A DNA stretch of 64,000 bases from Promethearchaeia archaeon (GTDB taxonomy: Archaea; Asgardarchaeota; Lokiarchaeia; Sigyniarchaeales; SOKP01), in assembly GCA_029856045.1 (NCBI GenBank), contig JAHQWG010000050.1, forward strand, positions 29,471 through 93,470, read 5' to 3'. Positions within the stretch are counted from its first letter, which is position 1; each line of letters starts with the position of its first letter. Below are positions 1-10,412 of the stretch, in pieces. The notes below the pieces were generated by a model that worked only from the letters and a program-made list of their open reading frames with translations, was not told the origin of the DNA and made no database searches. The position numbers and the translations under genes were made by a program.

Positions 1-1301
1 GATTTAATCGTAATTGTGTTAGTTTTTAGCTTCCCCAATAAAATTGCATAAAGTACATTTTCTTTTTGGGTATATCGTATTTCCATATTATCTACAGTCT
101 TACTTTCTGCTCTTATCCATGGTCGGGTCCCAAAAATTGCATCTCCATTCACCTCGAGCCATTTACCAAATTTTAATAAAAGATTTTTTTGAATTTCTGG
201 AATCGTGCCATCTTCCATTGGACCTACATTTAACAAGAGATTTCCATTTTTACTCACAATATCCACAAACATATAAATCAATTCTTCTAACGTCAGATAT
301 TGACTTTTCGGCTCAAACTTATTATATCCAAATGAAAAACCAATGCCTCTTGTTATTTCCCATTTATTTTCTCTAATTTCTTTAAAACGCATATATTCTG
401 GAGTCTGGAAATCATAATGATGAGATATTGGGAATGAGACACTTCCCTTAGAAGTCAGGCGTTTGACTATCCATTTTATTAACGCTGCGATTGGTTTAAA
501 TTTCAATAATTTTCGAGTAAATTTCGAAATTTGGATCCATCTATCATTAACAATACCATCTGGAAATTTATTATAAAAATAGGCAAATAATTCATTCACA
601 TTTGTTTTAGGGGGATATCCAATATCATTCCATAGAATAATTGGCTCATACTTATCTATCAATTCATACCAATGATTACTTACATATTCGACATATTCTG
701 GTTCCGTAGGTCCATTATCTAAAAAAGAAATAATGTCGATAATTGGAGTTTCAGTAAAAGACCAGTCTAATGAACCAGAATAATATAAACCCATTTTTAA
801 CCCCGCCCGCTTAACCACTTTTGTAAGTTCTCCTACAATATCTCGGCTTGCTGAATAATTCTTCTTTCGGGGGTTGGGATATTTACTAGGCCACAGGAGA
901 AATCCATCATGATGTTTAGTAACGAGAATGACATATTTAGCTCCTACTTTTTTAAATAAGTCAACCCATTCATTCGGATTCCATTTTTTAATGGCTTTAT
1001 TAAATATTGGTACAAAATCATCATAGGAGAAATTTTCTCCATAAGTCTCTCGATGATATTTTTGAGTTTCAGTCCCATCAATTCTGAGAGAGTTTAAGTA
1101 CCATTCTGCATATGGATTTTTTGCAAATTGTGCGCCGATTCCTTCTTTTTTCTGAATCTCAACTAAATCACCTTGTCCAACAACTGCGAACGCAGGAACA
1201 GAAGATAAACTCCAATGAATAAAAATTCCAAATTTGGCATCATGAAACCATTCAGGAACTTTATGTTTTCTTACAGATTTTAGATTAGGAGTATAAGTCA
1301 T
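1..1301 (-). CDS. alpha-L-fucosidase (GH29), runs off the left window edge
   Basis: Read manually, absent from the ORF track. ATG at 1301; MTYTPNLKSVRKHKVPEWFHDAKFGIFIHW...TKHHDGFLLWPS...ILWNDIGYP are GH29 motifs. Confidence 0.9.
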   Translation of the reverse strand, partial: MTYTPNLKSVRKHKVPEWFHDAKFGIFIHWSLSSVPAFAVVGQGDLVEIQKKEGIGAQFAKNPYAEWYLNSLRIDGTETQKYHRETYGENFSYDDFVPIFNKAIKKWNPNEWVDLFKKVGAKYVILVTKHHDGFLLWPSKYPNPRKKNYSASRDIVGELTKVVKRAGLKMGLYYSGSLDWSFTETPIIDIISFLDNGPTEPEYVEYVSNHWYELIDKYEPIILWNDIGYPPKTNVNELFAYFYNKFPDGIVNDRWIQISKFTRKLLKFKPIAALIKWIVKRLTSKGSVSFPISHHYDFQTPEYMRFKEIRENKWEITRGIGFSFGYNKFEPKSQYLTLEELIYMFVDIVSKNGNLLLNVGPMEDGTIPEIQKNLLLKFGKWLEVNGDAIFGTRPWIRAESKTVDNMEIRYTQKENVLYAILLGKLKTNTITIK

Positions 1302-1364
1302 TTTTATTAATATAAATAATTGGATTATCTTTAATATTTGATATTTTACAAAATAAATGAATCT

Positions 1365-1733
1365 CTAACTTCCAATTTTTATCATCTTGCCACATTTTAA
1401 ACAGATTATAAAATGAGTCATCCCTTCATCGGCACTTCTTGTTTGACGTGTTTCTATTGCAGCCTTATCATAACCGCATTTAGGGCATTTAAAATCTTTT
1501 ATGGCACTTTTTAGGTTTTCATCCTTCCATTTTAATATTGCTGAAGCGCTTGTTATTTCTCCTCGAACAGAGTGTTCTATTTTTTTCTTTATTGTGTAAT
1601 GATTTTCTTCAACAATATTAAGCGGTTTTGTTTTACCACAAGATTTACATTTAAATATTTTTTTTCCAATATCATCTTTTGTTGGGAGCATTAATCCGCC
1701 GCATTCGTCGCAAAACTCCACCATTTTTTTCAT
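1365..1733 (-). CDS. tfs: transcription factor S (TFS/RpoM family)
   Basis: Two Zn ribbons (FCDECG..CKSCG; CPKCG..CLKCG) and the QTRSADE acidic hairpin. Confidence 0.9.
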   Translation of the reverse strand: MKKMVEFCDECGGLMLPTKDDIGKKIFKCKSCGKTKPLNIVEENHYTIKKKIEHSVRGEITSASAILKWKDENLKSAIKDFKCPKCGYDKAAIETRQTRSADEGMTHFIICLKCGKMIKIGS

Positions 1734-1759
1734 AACCTCAATATTATTGTATTTTACTA

Positions 1760-2740
1760 TTATAATTTAATACCAAAAATTAAAGAGAGAAAAATAACAC
1801 CAGCTAATAAATCTGCAGAAGTTCCTGGATTCATTTTTCCTTTTTTCGATTGTAAAAAAGCGTCAAATTTTTTAATCATTTTTTTTCCCTTAGAACTCAA
1901 TAATCCTTTTTCATCTAAAATTTCTCTTGCAGTAAATGAAACCATTTTTGCTGCTGTAAGCCCACTTTTTCGACAAATTAATGTATCCGGATGATTAGCT
2001 AAAATTCTTAAGAAAGTATGCACAGATGCAACATTAACATCTCCAGTTTTATTAAAAGTTTCTAAATAGTAAGGAAATCCTTCAGATAAAATTATGGGAA
2101 ATCCATTTGCATATTCATAACTAATTAAATCATAATCTTGTGAAAGTTGAAAGATTTTTTCCAAATTAATGTTATCTGATTTGAGATCTTGAAGTGAATT
2201 ATCATTAGACAAATCATATTTCTGCACAGTTCCCATTCCACCTGGGTTACAATATCTTATTGCTTTATAAAGATTAATTGAATCTGTGGGTGTTGATTCT
2301 TTTATTATTTTAATTAAATTTTGTTTAAAATCTTTAAAAGATAATGCATCTTGTTTAATGCATATTGTTGCGGTTACAGATAAGATCCCAAGAATTAAAA
2401 TATGCCCTAATAAAACATTTCCACCCCCTTGCCAATCTATCATCCTTTTTACAGCATCAAGGAAAAAGTTTCCTAGTCTTACAGATGAAAAATCATGTAG
2501 GTTAGTTTTATATTCTTCAGAAACTCTATAACATAAATTTTTAAAAGATATTTGAATTGCACAAATTCCAGCAAGAAAATGCTCAAACCGTGTCTTTTCA
2601 AAATTTATGGTACGATGGACATTACCCGGTTTAGGCCATGCGGAAACTTCTAAGAGGCTAGCTAAATTAACGCATGTCAAGACATCGTCAACACAGCTAA
2701 TTGAAAGGTTTAGACCTTTGACTTTTTCAGGTTTAGCCAT
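1760..2740 (-). CDS. citG: triphosphoribosyl-dephospho-CoA synthase family protein
   Basis: LEVSAWPKPGNVHR and NPGTSADL motifs. Confidence 0.85.
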   Translation of the reverse strand: MAKPEKVKGLNLSISCVDDVLTCVNLASLLEVSAWPKPGNVHRTINFEKTRFEHFLAGICAIQISFKNLCYRVSEEYKTNLHDFSSVRLGNFFLDAVKRMIDWQGGGNVLLGHILILGILSVTATICIKQDALSFKDFKQNLIKIIKESTPTDSINLYKAIRYCNPGGMGTVQKYDLSNDNSLQDLKSDNINLEKIFQLSQDYDLISYEYANGFPIILSEGFPYYLETFNKTGDVNVASVHTFLRILANHPDTLICRKSGLTAAKMVSFTAREILDEKGLLSSKGKKMIKKFDAFLQSKKGKMNPGTSADLLAGVIFLSLIFGIKL

Positions 2741-2764
2741 TATATAACAATATAAAGAATTAAT

Positions 2765-3103
2765 CTAATAATAAGTGAATTCTACTTGTTTCTTCTCATG
2801 AATTTCATACCCATCCTTCTCTTCTTTTTTGTAAGATATCGGGCGGAAATTTTCTTTTAAGTTGTTTTTATATAAGAATTTCCGAATTCTGAGCTTTATT
2901 ATTTTCTTTGACATTGATAGCGGAGCAGAAATCTCAAGTTCATTTCCATTTCTCTCAATTTGGATACTTGCTAACTTTTCTTGTAAAAAGCGAACCAAAT
3001 CTATAACTAAGGAATCATCTTTATAACTCAAATCATCTACTTTCAAATAAATTTTCCTTAACTCTAATTCTTCCGCCTTAGAATTTTTTTTTTTAGAAGA
3101 CAT
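2765..3103 (-). CDS. rpl22e: ribosomal protein eL22 (L22e)
   Basis: 112 aa; SKKIIKLRIRKFLYKNNLKENFRPIS..GYEI resembles the eL22 C-terminal motif [25 protein letters not shown]..YEL. Confidence 0.75.
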   Translation of the reverse strand: MSSKKKNSKAEELELRKIYLKVDDLSYKDDSLVIDLVRFLQEKLASIQIERNGNELEISAPLSMSKKIIKLRIRKFLYKNNLKENFRPISYKKEEKDGYEIHEKKQVEFTYY

Positions 3104-3268
3104 TTAATTCACATATTAGAAAATAAAAAATCAATTAAATTTTTTTCTATTTAAATATTTTTTTCTTCTCCAAGTTTTTATAAAGAGGTTTTTTGAATAT
3201 TTAATTGTGAGAAAAGGAAAAATCTTTTTTATTTCAACGATATTTAAATCACAAAAGGAGAAATTAAT

Positions 3269-4552
3269 ATGTTAGATTATTTAAATCTCGATTATAAACC
3301 TTCTGATAATGATCTTAAAGTAATGTATTATGTTGAGAAAGCTGCTGATACTTCTTCTATAGAAAAAGCATGTGAGGAAATTGCTAAAGAAAGTTCTATT
3401 GGAACTTGGACTGATATTGTAACTCTTTCTGAGGATATTGCTCAAAGATTAAAACCATGCGTATATCATATAAATAAAGAGAAAAAAATAATTAAGATCG
3501 CCTATAACGAGGAACTCTTCGAAGCAGATAATATTTCTCAAATCCTGAGTGCTATTGCTGGTAATATTTATGGCATGAAAGCAATTAACAATTTAAGATT
3601 AATTGATATAGAGTTTCCAAAAAGTATAGTAAGTGTATATAAAGGACCTAAATTCGGAATAAAGGGAATTCGCAAATTATTAAAAGTTTTTGGTAGACCT
3701 CTTTTGGGTACAATTGTTAAGCCAAAAGTGGGCTTAAATCCAAAACAGCACGCAAAAGTTTGCGGAGAGTCGTGGATAGGAGGTTTAGACATAGTAAAAG
3801 ATGATGAAAACTTAACAAGCATGAAATTTAATAAATTTGAGACAAGAGTTAAAGAAACTTTAAAGATACGGGATAAAATCGAAATAGAAACTGGCGAAAA
3901 GAAAATATACATGCCAAATATTACAGCTCCGGTTAGTAAAATGAAAGAGAGAGCGGATTTTGTCATTGAACAAGGAGGAGAGTATGTAATGGTTGATATT
4001 ATTACTTTAGGATTTTCTGCACTTCAAGAAATACGAGATTATCTTGATGATAAAAATGTTGTGATACACGCTCATAGGGCAATGCACGCTGCCATAACAA
4101 GAGACCCAAAACATGGTATGACGATGTTATCAATTGCTAAAATATCAAGGCTAATCGGAATGGACCAACTACATACTGGTACAGTAGTTGGAAAAATGGA
4201 AGGTGGAGAGAAAGAAGTAGTAGATATCAATAAGGTACTTACTAATATGTTTATTGAAGAAGAAGATTATTCAATGTTACATCAAGATTGGGGAAATATT
4301 AAGAAAACTTTCCCCGTTGCTTCTGGAGGTCTTTATCCTAATGTTGTTCATAAATTAATTGATATTTTAGGAACAGATATCGTGATTCAAGCGGGTGGAG
4401 GTGTTCATGGACATCCAGAAGGTACCGAAGCTGGAGCAAAAGCTATGAGGCAAGCAGTTCAAGCTTATTTGGATAACATTAATTTAAGTGAATATGCAAA
4501 AACTCATAATGAATTAAAAAAAGCACTTGAAAAATGGAAATATTTAAAATAA
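3269..4552 (+). CDS. rbcL: RuBisCO large subunit, form III
   Basis: ESSIGTWT, GTIVKPKVGL, GGLDIVKDDE, HAHRAMHAA, GKMEG, ASGG and GGGVHGHP motifs; SD-like GGAG upstream. Confidence 0.97.
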   Translation: MLDYLNLDYKPSDNDLKVMYYVEKAADTSSIEKACEEIAKESSIGTWTDIVTLSEDIAQRLKPCVYHINKEKKIIKIAYNEELFEADNISQILSAIAGNIYGMKAINNLRLIDIEFPKSIVSVYKGPKFGIKGIRKLLKVFGRPLLGTIVKPKVGLNPKQHAKVCGESWIGGLDIVKDDENLTSMKFNKFETRVKETLKIRDKIEIETGEKKIYMPNITAPVSKMKERADFVIEQGGEYVMVDIITLGFSALQEIRDYLDDKNVVIHAHRAMHAAITRDPKHGMTMLSIAKISRLIGMDQLHTGTVVGKMEGGEKEVVDINKVLTNMFIEEEDYSMLHQDWGNIKKTFPVASGGLYPNVVHKLIDILGTDIVIQAGGGVHGHPEGTEAGAKAMRQAVQAYLDNINLSEYAKTHNELKKALEKWKYLK

Positions 4553-4627
4553 TTTAAGTTGAAAACACAAAGATTAGACTATTATAATTATAATTAAAAT
4601 AAGGATAAAACAGAAAACATCCAAAAT

Positions 4628-5659
4628 TCAGGATATTTCAGCTTTTAATAAATCGTGTTTATACAGTTCGGAAATAGTATTCGGGGCAAACTTCAATTTC
4701 TCTTTAATAATTATTGAATTTAACTTTTTCGAACGTATAAAATATTTTTTAAACCCTTGCCAGAAACCTTTTAAAATTGAACGAAATAAAGTATTTCTTT
4801 CAACATTATAATAACGCTGATCTTCCTTATGATTAATTAAATTATAAATCCATTTGAAAAAATATAAAGAAATACCAGTAATAATTTCAATAGGACTTTT
4901 CCAATGCTTCATTATTAATAAAGTTGTATTAGATATAATATTTGAATACCATTTTTCTGCTTTACACCTACAGCCACCATAATTAACTCTTAAATGATTT
5001 ACTAGCATTTTCGGATCAAAAATTATTCTACCATATTCTTTTGCTCTAAGACAAAAATCTGTTTCTTCTCGATAATGATTTCCATCAAATTGTGGATTAA
5101 ATCCCATACATCGGTAAATAATACCTTTTTTAAAGTACATATTTCCACCAGGAAGAGTATCAACTAAGATTGGCTTTTTTGGTTTTATATAAAAATTTCC
5201 AATTATTTCTGGAATAATTTTATTGATCTTTCCAATCATTCTACTTGAAATTTCTATCTTAGAGAGAGAAGGATTTTGTTTTGTGGATCTAAAAAAAACT
5301 GGTCCTCCAACTCCCACTATTTTACTTTTTTTTGATTTGAGCCATTTTTTTGCTTGTTTGAACAAATCATTCCTTATTGGAAAACAATCATCATCTATAA
5401 ATCCAACGATTTCATGATTACTATGTCTAACTCCTATATTCCTAGAAGTGGGCAGTCCTACTTGATGTTTTAATTGAATATATTTTAATTTATATTTCAG
5501 ATGTAGAGCAATATTCTTAATCATTTTTCTAGTTCCATCAGTTGATGCATCATCAACAATAATAATTTCAAATTTACCTTTTTGATTATTTAGTTCAATA
5601 AGTAAATATTCAAGTATTTCAGCACGATTATGAGTTGGAATTATAATAGAAATACTCAT
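4628..5659 (-). CDS. GT2 family glycosyltransferase
   Basis: ISIIIPTHNR, VDDASTDGT, FIDDD and REETDF motifs. Confidence 0.9.
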   Translation of the reverse strand: MSISIIIPTHNRAEILEYLLIELNNQKGKFEIIIVDDASTDGTRKMIKNIALHLKYKLKYIQLKHQVGLPTSRNIGVRHSNHEIVGFIDDDCFPIRNDLFKQAKKWLKSKKSKIVGVGGPVFFRSTKQNPSLSKIEISSRMIGKINKIIPEIIGNFYIKPKKPILVDTLPGGNMYFKKGIIYRCMGFNPQFDGNHYREETDFCLRAKEYGRIIFDPKMLVNHLRVNYGGCRCKAEKWYSNIISNTTLLIMKHWKSPIEIITGISLYFFKWIYNLINHKEDQRYYNVERNTLFRSILKGFWQGFKKYFIRSKKLNSIIIKEKLKFAPNTISELYKHDLLKAEIS

Positions 5660-6468
5660 CTATATAACACCTTTTTTTTTGCATGAATTAAATATGATTC
5701 AGCAATAAATAATTGAAAATGAATAGGCATCTTAGAGAGCTTTCCAGAAAAATAATTAAATATTTTTAGAACTTTTTTCTCTAATTTTTTTGTTATCAAG
5801 GGAATTTCATCATTTCCCCGTTTAAAAATTGGTAGCCTTATTATTACTGGTGAAATATTAAGAATGGATAAATTATTTTGTTTTATTAAGGATTTTAAAA
5901 ACTTTAATGAAAGATTTTCGAACCAAGAATATTGTCTAACTTCATTAAACTTATTCCGATTATAAAATCGTAGGAATACTTTTAATTTCTTATAATAATC
6001 CCAAATAGACTTTTTTGTTTTTGTTATTATCACTAATTCCCCATTGGGAACTAAAAGTTTACTGATCTTCTTGAATAATTTAATTTTATTAGGAATATAT
6101 TCAATTACTCGGACTGAAAATATTTTATCAAATTTTTCATTAACTTCAAAATCCAGAAAATTGCAGTTAATAAATTTAACATTATTATCTTTAACATAAT
6201 TTTTTACTTTATCAATCATTTCTTTAGAAATATCTATTGCAACTAACTCAAAGCAGTTTTTTGCTATTAATTGCGTCCAAATGCCGGGACCACAACCAAT
6301 TTCTAAAATTTTTTCATTTCTTTTTGGTCTTAAATTTCTTAATAATTTTCTTTTTGTTTGTTCATAATCAAACTGGGAAGTTAATGTTCCTGTCCATTGT
6401 GCTTTTCTATATCTTTTTGAGTGATTATCCCAATAACTACTAATTTGTTTATTTAATATAATATTCAA
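5656..6468 (-). CDS. class I SAM-dependent methyltransferase
   Basis: ILEIGCGPG motif I; overlaps the GT2 start by 4 nt. Confidence 0.88.
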   Translation of the reverse strand: MNIILNKQISSYWDNHSKRYRKAQWTGTLTSQFDYEQTKRKLLRNLRPKRNEKILEIGCGPGIWTQLIAKNCFELVAIDISKEMIDKVKNYVKDNNVKFINCNFLDFEVNEKFDKIFSVRVIEYIPNKIKLFKKISKLLVPNGELVIITKTKKSIWDYYKKLKVFLRFYNRNKFNEVRQYSWFENLSLKFLKSLIKQNNLSILNISPVIIRLPIFKRGNDEIPLITKKLEKKVLKIFNYFSGKLSKMPIHFQLFIAESYLIHAKKKVLYR

Positions 6469-7375
6469 GATTATCCATTCTATTTTTATGTGTCTTTCAA
6501 GAAATAATGTTAAGAGGAAAATTATCTATTAAAATTTTGTTTATTAGAGCAAATTCAATTTAAAATATTAACAAAATAAACGTTTATAATAACCATTTTT
6601 TATGAATTTCCCATTTGTGACGTAATAAATAAATGAATTATTATTTATAAATATAACATAAAAAATAATCGGTGTGTTTATTTATTCTATAAAATCTAAA
6701 TGGGTTATACCTTAAATGAATAAAAATTAATAAATATTTAGACTATTAAAAGAGAAAAGGCAATTATTCTTCGTAATTGATTAACATTTACAGAATATTC
6801 TTTTTAAAAATTGATATTTTATTATTTTCAGGAGTAATATTTTAGCCTATTTTAATTTTTGCTATCCATATAATTGTTTTTATCATTTAGATTCAATATC
6901 TTCACATTCTGCTCTATATAGTTATTATGGTTTGTTTGTTTATTTATTAAAAAAAAATTAAATAATTTTTTACTTGAGTTTATAAAAAAATAATAAATTT
7001 TTATACCTTAAACACAATGTAAGTGATTAATTTTGAGTTTTATCTTATTAATCATCATTCACCTTAATTTTTAAAGAAGTACAATAATTTTTTATATAGT
7101 CAAATTTTTTTTTAAAAATGGATTCAAAAAAAATATCATATTAAATTTTATTTATCATTCTACCTTATTTTTATTAGACAAAGGTTGAGAAAATTATTAT
7201 TGAGATAAAAAAATATTTAAAGAGTATAAAAAACCCCAAAAAATTAATTATAGGATGTAAAAAATACCATGCGTTAAATAAACGCGATTCAAGCTACGTT
7301 ATTTCCAGATATATTCTTAACCAAGATCCATCTAACATTAATAAAATACTCGCTAGTTCAAAGATAATATTTTAC

Positions 7376-7891
7376 ATGTGGAATGTAAGATTTTTTGAAA
7401 CATTATCTAAATATACAAAAAATAATTTAGAAAAAGAGATTTTAAGAGCATATAATGAATGTAAATTAGATTTAGAAAAGTTAAAAAGGAAAAAGTTAAG
7501 TAAATTAAATTTTAATAAGAATGGAAATTTAATTAAACGTATTTTTTCGACTTTCTCTATAATGCCTTCAATCAGATATACTGGAGCAGCAAAGATTTTG
7601 CATATATTAAACCCAAACGTTTTTATGATGTGGGATTTACAAATAAGAAGGGCTTATTTCAAAATCAATAACAATATAAGAGATCCTGCAAAATTTTATT
7701 TAAAATTTCTACAAAAATCTAAAAAGATTATTAATGCTATCTTAAAATTAGTTGATGAAGAAACACTTTGGATTTATCATTTGGAGTTTATAGATAAAAA
7801 TTTTGTTAAGAATTTTTCATTCAGTGAAACAATTCTCAAAATGTTGGATGAGTGCAATTATTTAAAATTTAATCAGAATATAGATTTTTAA
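7376..7891 (+). CDS. hypothetical protein (HhH/glycosylase-like motif GAAKILHILNPNVFMMWD); true start may be further upstream
   Basis: The frame stays open upstream to 7178 without an ATG. Confidence 0.55.
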   Translation: MWNVRFFETLSKYTKNNLEKEILRAYNECKLDLEKLKRKKLSKLNFNKNGNLIKRIFSTFSIMPSIRYTGAAKILHILNPNVFMMWDLQIRRAYFKINNNIRDPAKFYLKFLQKSKKIINAILKLVDEETLWIYHLEFIDKNFVKNFSFSETILKMLDECNYLKFNQNIDF

Positions 7892-7941
7892 ATTTTTCTT
7901 TTATTTAGTAATGTTCTCTTTTTTTATTTACATACTCCATT

Positions 7942-8032
7942 CTTATTGGAGAATATTTATCTAATCGAGAATGCAAAAAACTCATATAAATTAAAAAAAG
8001 CATTTGAAAAATGGAAAGATATTAAAGTTTAA
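7942..8032 (+). pseudogene. degenerate displaced copy of the rbcL 3' end
   Basis: Aligns by eye to 4464-4552 (atgcaaaa-actcat..aattaaaaaaagca.ttgaaaaatggaaa) with small indels. Confidence 0.85.
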
Positions 8033-8035
8033 TTT

Positions 8036-8505
8036 TTATCCTACTAATTCTGGGTAAAGTCTTTCGAAATATATATGGATATAACTAGGAGCGAATATGC
8101 CCGCTTCAGTAATAATTCCATCAATATATCTCCTACTTACAGTTTCAAAGGCAGGATTTATTACATGTACGCCTTCTGGAGGATCCTCCCATATTTCCTT
8201 AGTATCTCTCATTTCAATTTTTTCTAATAATCCAAAAGAAGTCTCAGGATTATATTTTAGTAATGGTGAAGCAACATAAAAGAGTACATGTTCTTCTTGT
8301 GCAACCAAAGCTAATAATCTTAAGCCGGTTTTGTTTAAAACAGTACCTTCTGAAGTAATTGAATCAGCCCCAATTAAAATTAAGTCCACTTCAAAATGAT
8401 TGACAGCCCAGCGCATTGCAGAATCAACTATATGAATTACCTCTATATTTTCTTCTAATAATTCTTTTGTCGTTTTTCTTCCTTGTAATTTCGGCTGAGT
8501 CTCTG
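8036..8505 (-). pseudogene. 5'-truncated duplicate (C-terminal half) of ribose-1,5-bisphosphate isomerase
   Basis: Near-identical to 10413-10882 (offset 2377); homology ends abruptly at 8505. Confidence 0.92.
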
Positions 8506-8533
8506 AGATTTGTTCAATGTAAGAAATTATATT

Positions 8534-9187
8534 CTAACTCTTGTTAAGTAGTTCTAACGCTTTTTTAACAGCTTCAGGAGCAGTTAGAGCCCATCCATCC
8601 GCTCCGTATTGTATTGCAATCTTTTCAGTAACCGGTCCCCCTCCTGCCATAATTATTACACCTTTATCTTTTAGACCTTTCTCTTTAGCCAAATTAACGA
8701 GTTTTCCTATTTGTGGAAATAACGAACTTAACATCAGGGAGAGCAAAATAAGGTCTGCATTTGCTTTTTCTGCCTCTTCTACAAATTTCTCAACTTTTAC
8801 ATCAAAACCTAAGTCAATCATTTCAAAACCTTCAGCTTCCATTAGATATTTTACAATATTTTTGCCAAGATCATGAAAGTCTCCTTCGCCAACACCAATA
8901 ACCGCTACCCCTTTTTTATTTGCTTGTGCTTTTTCTGGACTTATACTAGGTCTTAAAATGTTAGCGCCATCATAAAATGCATCTGAAGCTAATATCAAAT
9001 CAGTTAGAAAAATAGTTTTTTCATATTCATCACACACTTCTTTTAGACCAATATAAAGTCCTTTCTGGATAGCATCAATCGGATCTATTCCCGCTTCCAA
9101 AGTTTCTTTAGCAGCTTCTTTAGCAGCCTCACCATCATAATTTAAAACACTTTTTTTAAGTTTATTCAAAATATCTTCTTTTGACAT
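8534..9187 (-). CDS. corrinoid (B12-binding) methyltransferase protein, MtaC/MtbC-like
   Basis: B12 cap domain plus GDFHDLGKNIV (DxHxxG) and MAGGGP. Confidence 0.92.
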   Translation of the reverse strand: MSKEDILNKLKKSVLNYDGEAAKEAAKETLEAGIDPIDAIQKGLYIGLKEVCDEYEKTIFLTDLILASDAFYDGANILRPSISPEKAQANKKGVAVIGVGEGDFHDLGKNIVKYLMEAEGFEMIDLGFDVKVEKFVEEAEKANADLILLSLMLSSLFPQIGKLVNLAKEKGLKDKGVIIMAGGGPVTEKIAIQYGADGWALTAPEAVKKALELLNKS

Positions 9188-9193
9188 TTTTAT

Positions 9194-10324
9194 TTAATTA
9201 CCTCCAGATATATATTCAGGTTTGGGTCCTTCTCCAGTTTTATAGTTAGCTCCATAGGTCCTAGCTGCTTTAACCACCGCCATCGCATTGTATAGAGGAG
9301 CATATGGCGGATATTCACATGACGCTCCGAGAAAATAGCCTGCAGGTGCCTTTCCAAAAGTCTCAAGTTGTCTTTTACATTCTGCTATTACTTCACTAGG
9401 ACTTGCCCAAGCAAGTAATGAAACGCTCAAAAAACCTAAGAAAATTAATTTTTTACCGTATTTTTCTAACATCTCTTCTTCGGTCGTGCAACCGTCCGGT
9501 AAAAACGCATTTTGGATGAGAATTGGTCGAAGCCATTTAATTAAAAGATCGAAATAGGGCCCTCGACCACATGTATGAACACAGTAGAGCCCTCTTTTTT
9601 TCTTTACAAATTTTGCTATCCTTTGTTGGTATGGGGCATCTAATTCTTCCCACATTTCTTTACTCATTAATTCCCTTTCAGCTAGGACGACTGGCACCAT
9701 GATGACTTGAGCTCCGGCCTCAATCTGCTTCTCTACATATTCGATTTGAATCTCAGTTACGATATCTAAAGCTTCATGAAGTTTATCTTTATTATGGACG
9801 AAATCACGAATAAGTTCATTAATATTTCGAAGCCTTGAAATAAGACCCAGGGGACCAATAGTGAATCCGCCCACCAATAAATCGGGTATTTTTTCCTTAA
9901 AGGTTTCAATAGCACGAAGTTGATTTTTCATCCTTGTCGCTTTGTCCCAATTGAATAATTTATCAAAATTTTTATAATCATCCGCGGACTTAAGAATAGG
10001 ATTATATGGATCTGGGTACGCTGCATTATTTTTTGGATAAATAATTTTCGCTCCAAAACCTTGAGCCTCAACACACAAATCAGGTATAGATGTAATTGCG
10101 TCGTAGCCGAAGAGCTTTTGAGCCTCTATTTGAGCCTTTATAAATAATTCTGGTTTTTTGGCATATTCATCATAGCCTAAATGGAGCACTTGTGCTGCGG
10201 CTGCTGTAACAAATGGAAAAACAGGTATTCTATCTAGTTGCTTGCGCGCTATTAAACCCATTATCCTTTCTTTTGGAGTCATATATTCTTCTATTTCTTT
10301 TAATTTTCCTGACATTTTTTCCAT
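9194..10324 (-). CDS. UroD/MtaA-family methyltransferase
   Basis: MTPKERI..DRIPVFP, VEAQGFGA, HTCG and SCEYP (Zn ligands); adjacent to the corrinoid protein gene. Confidence 0.85.
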   Translation of the reverse strand: MEKMSGKLKEIEEYMTPKERIMGLIARKQLDRIPVFPFVTAAAAQVLHLGYDEYAKKPELFIKAQIEAQKLFGYDAITSIPDLCVEAQGFGAKIIYPKNNAAYPDPYNPILKSADDYKNFDKLFNWDKATRMKNQLRAIETFKEKIPDLLVGGFTIGPLGLISRLRNINELIRDFVHNKDKLHEALDIVTEIQIEYVEKQIEAGAQVIMVPVVLAERELMSKEMWEELDAPYQQRIAKFVKKKRGLYCVHTCGRGPYFDLLIKWLRPILIQNAFLPDGCTTEEEMLEKYGKKLIFLGFLSVSLLAWASPSEVIAECKRQLETFGKAPAGYFLGASCEYPPYAPLYNAMAVVKAARTYGANYKTGEGPKPEYISGGN

Positions 10325-10412
10325 TTTTTAATATTAATTATACATGAAATTATTTCATGATTTACTTATGTTTTTAATAATAATGTATTCAGAAATCTTC
10401 TAATTTTAATAT

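Noticed and set aside
44-376. 110-aa plus-strand ORF and the many other short antisense ORFs in the track
   Set aside because: They are shadows of longer, motif-bearing genes on the opposite strand (here the fucosidase).
6469-7177. Long, extremely AT-rich spacer
   Set aside because: No convincing ORF, repeat or stable structure seen.
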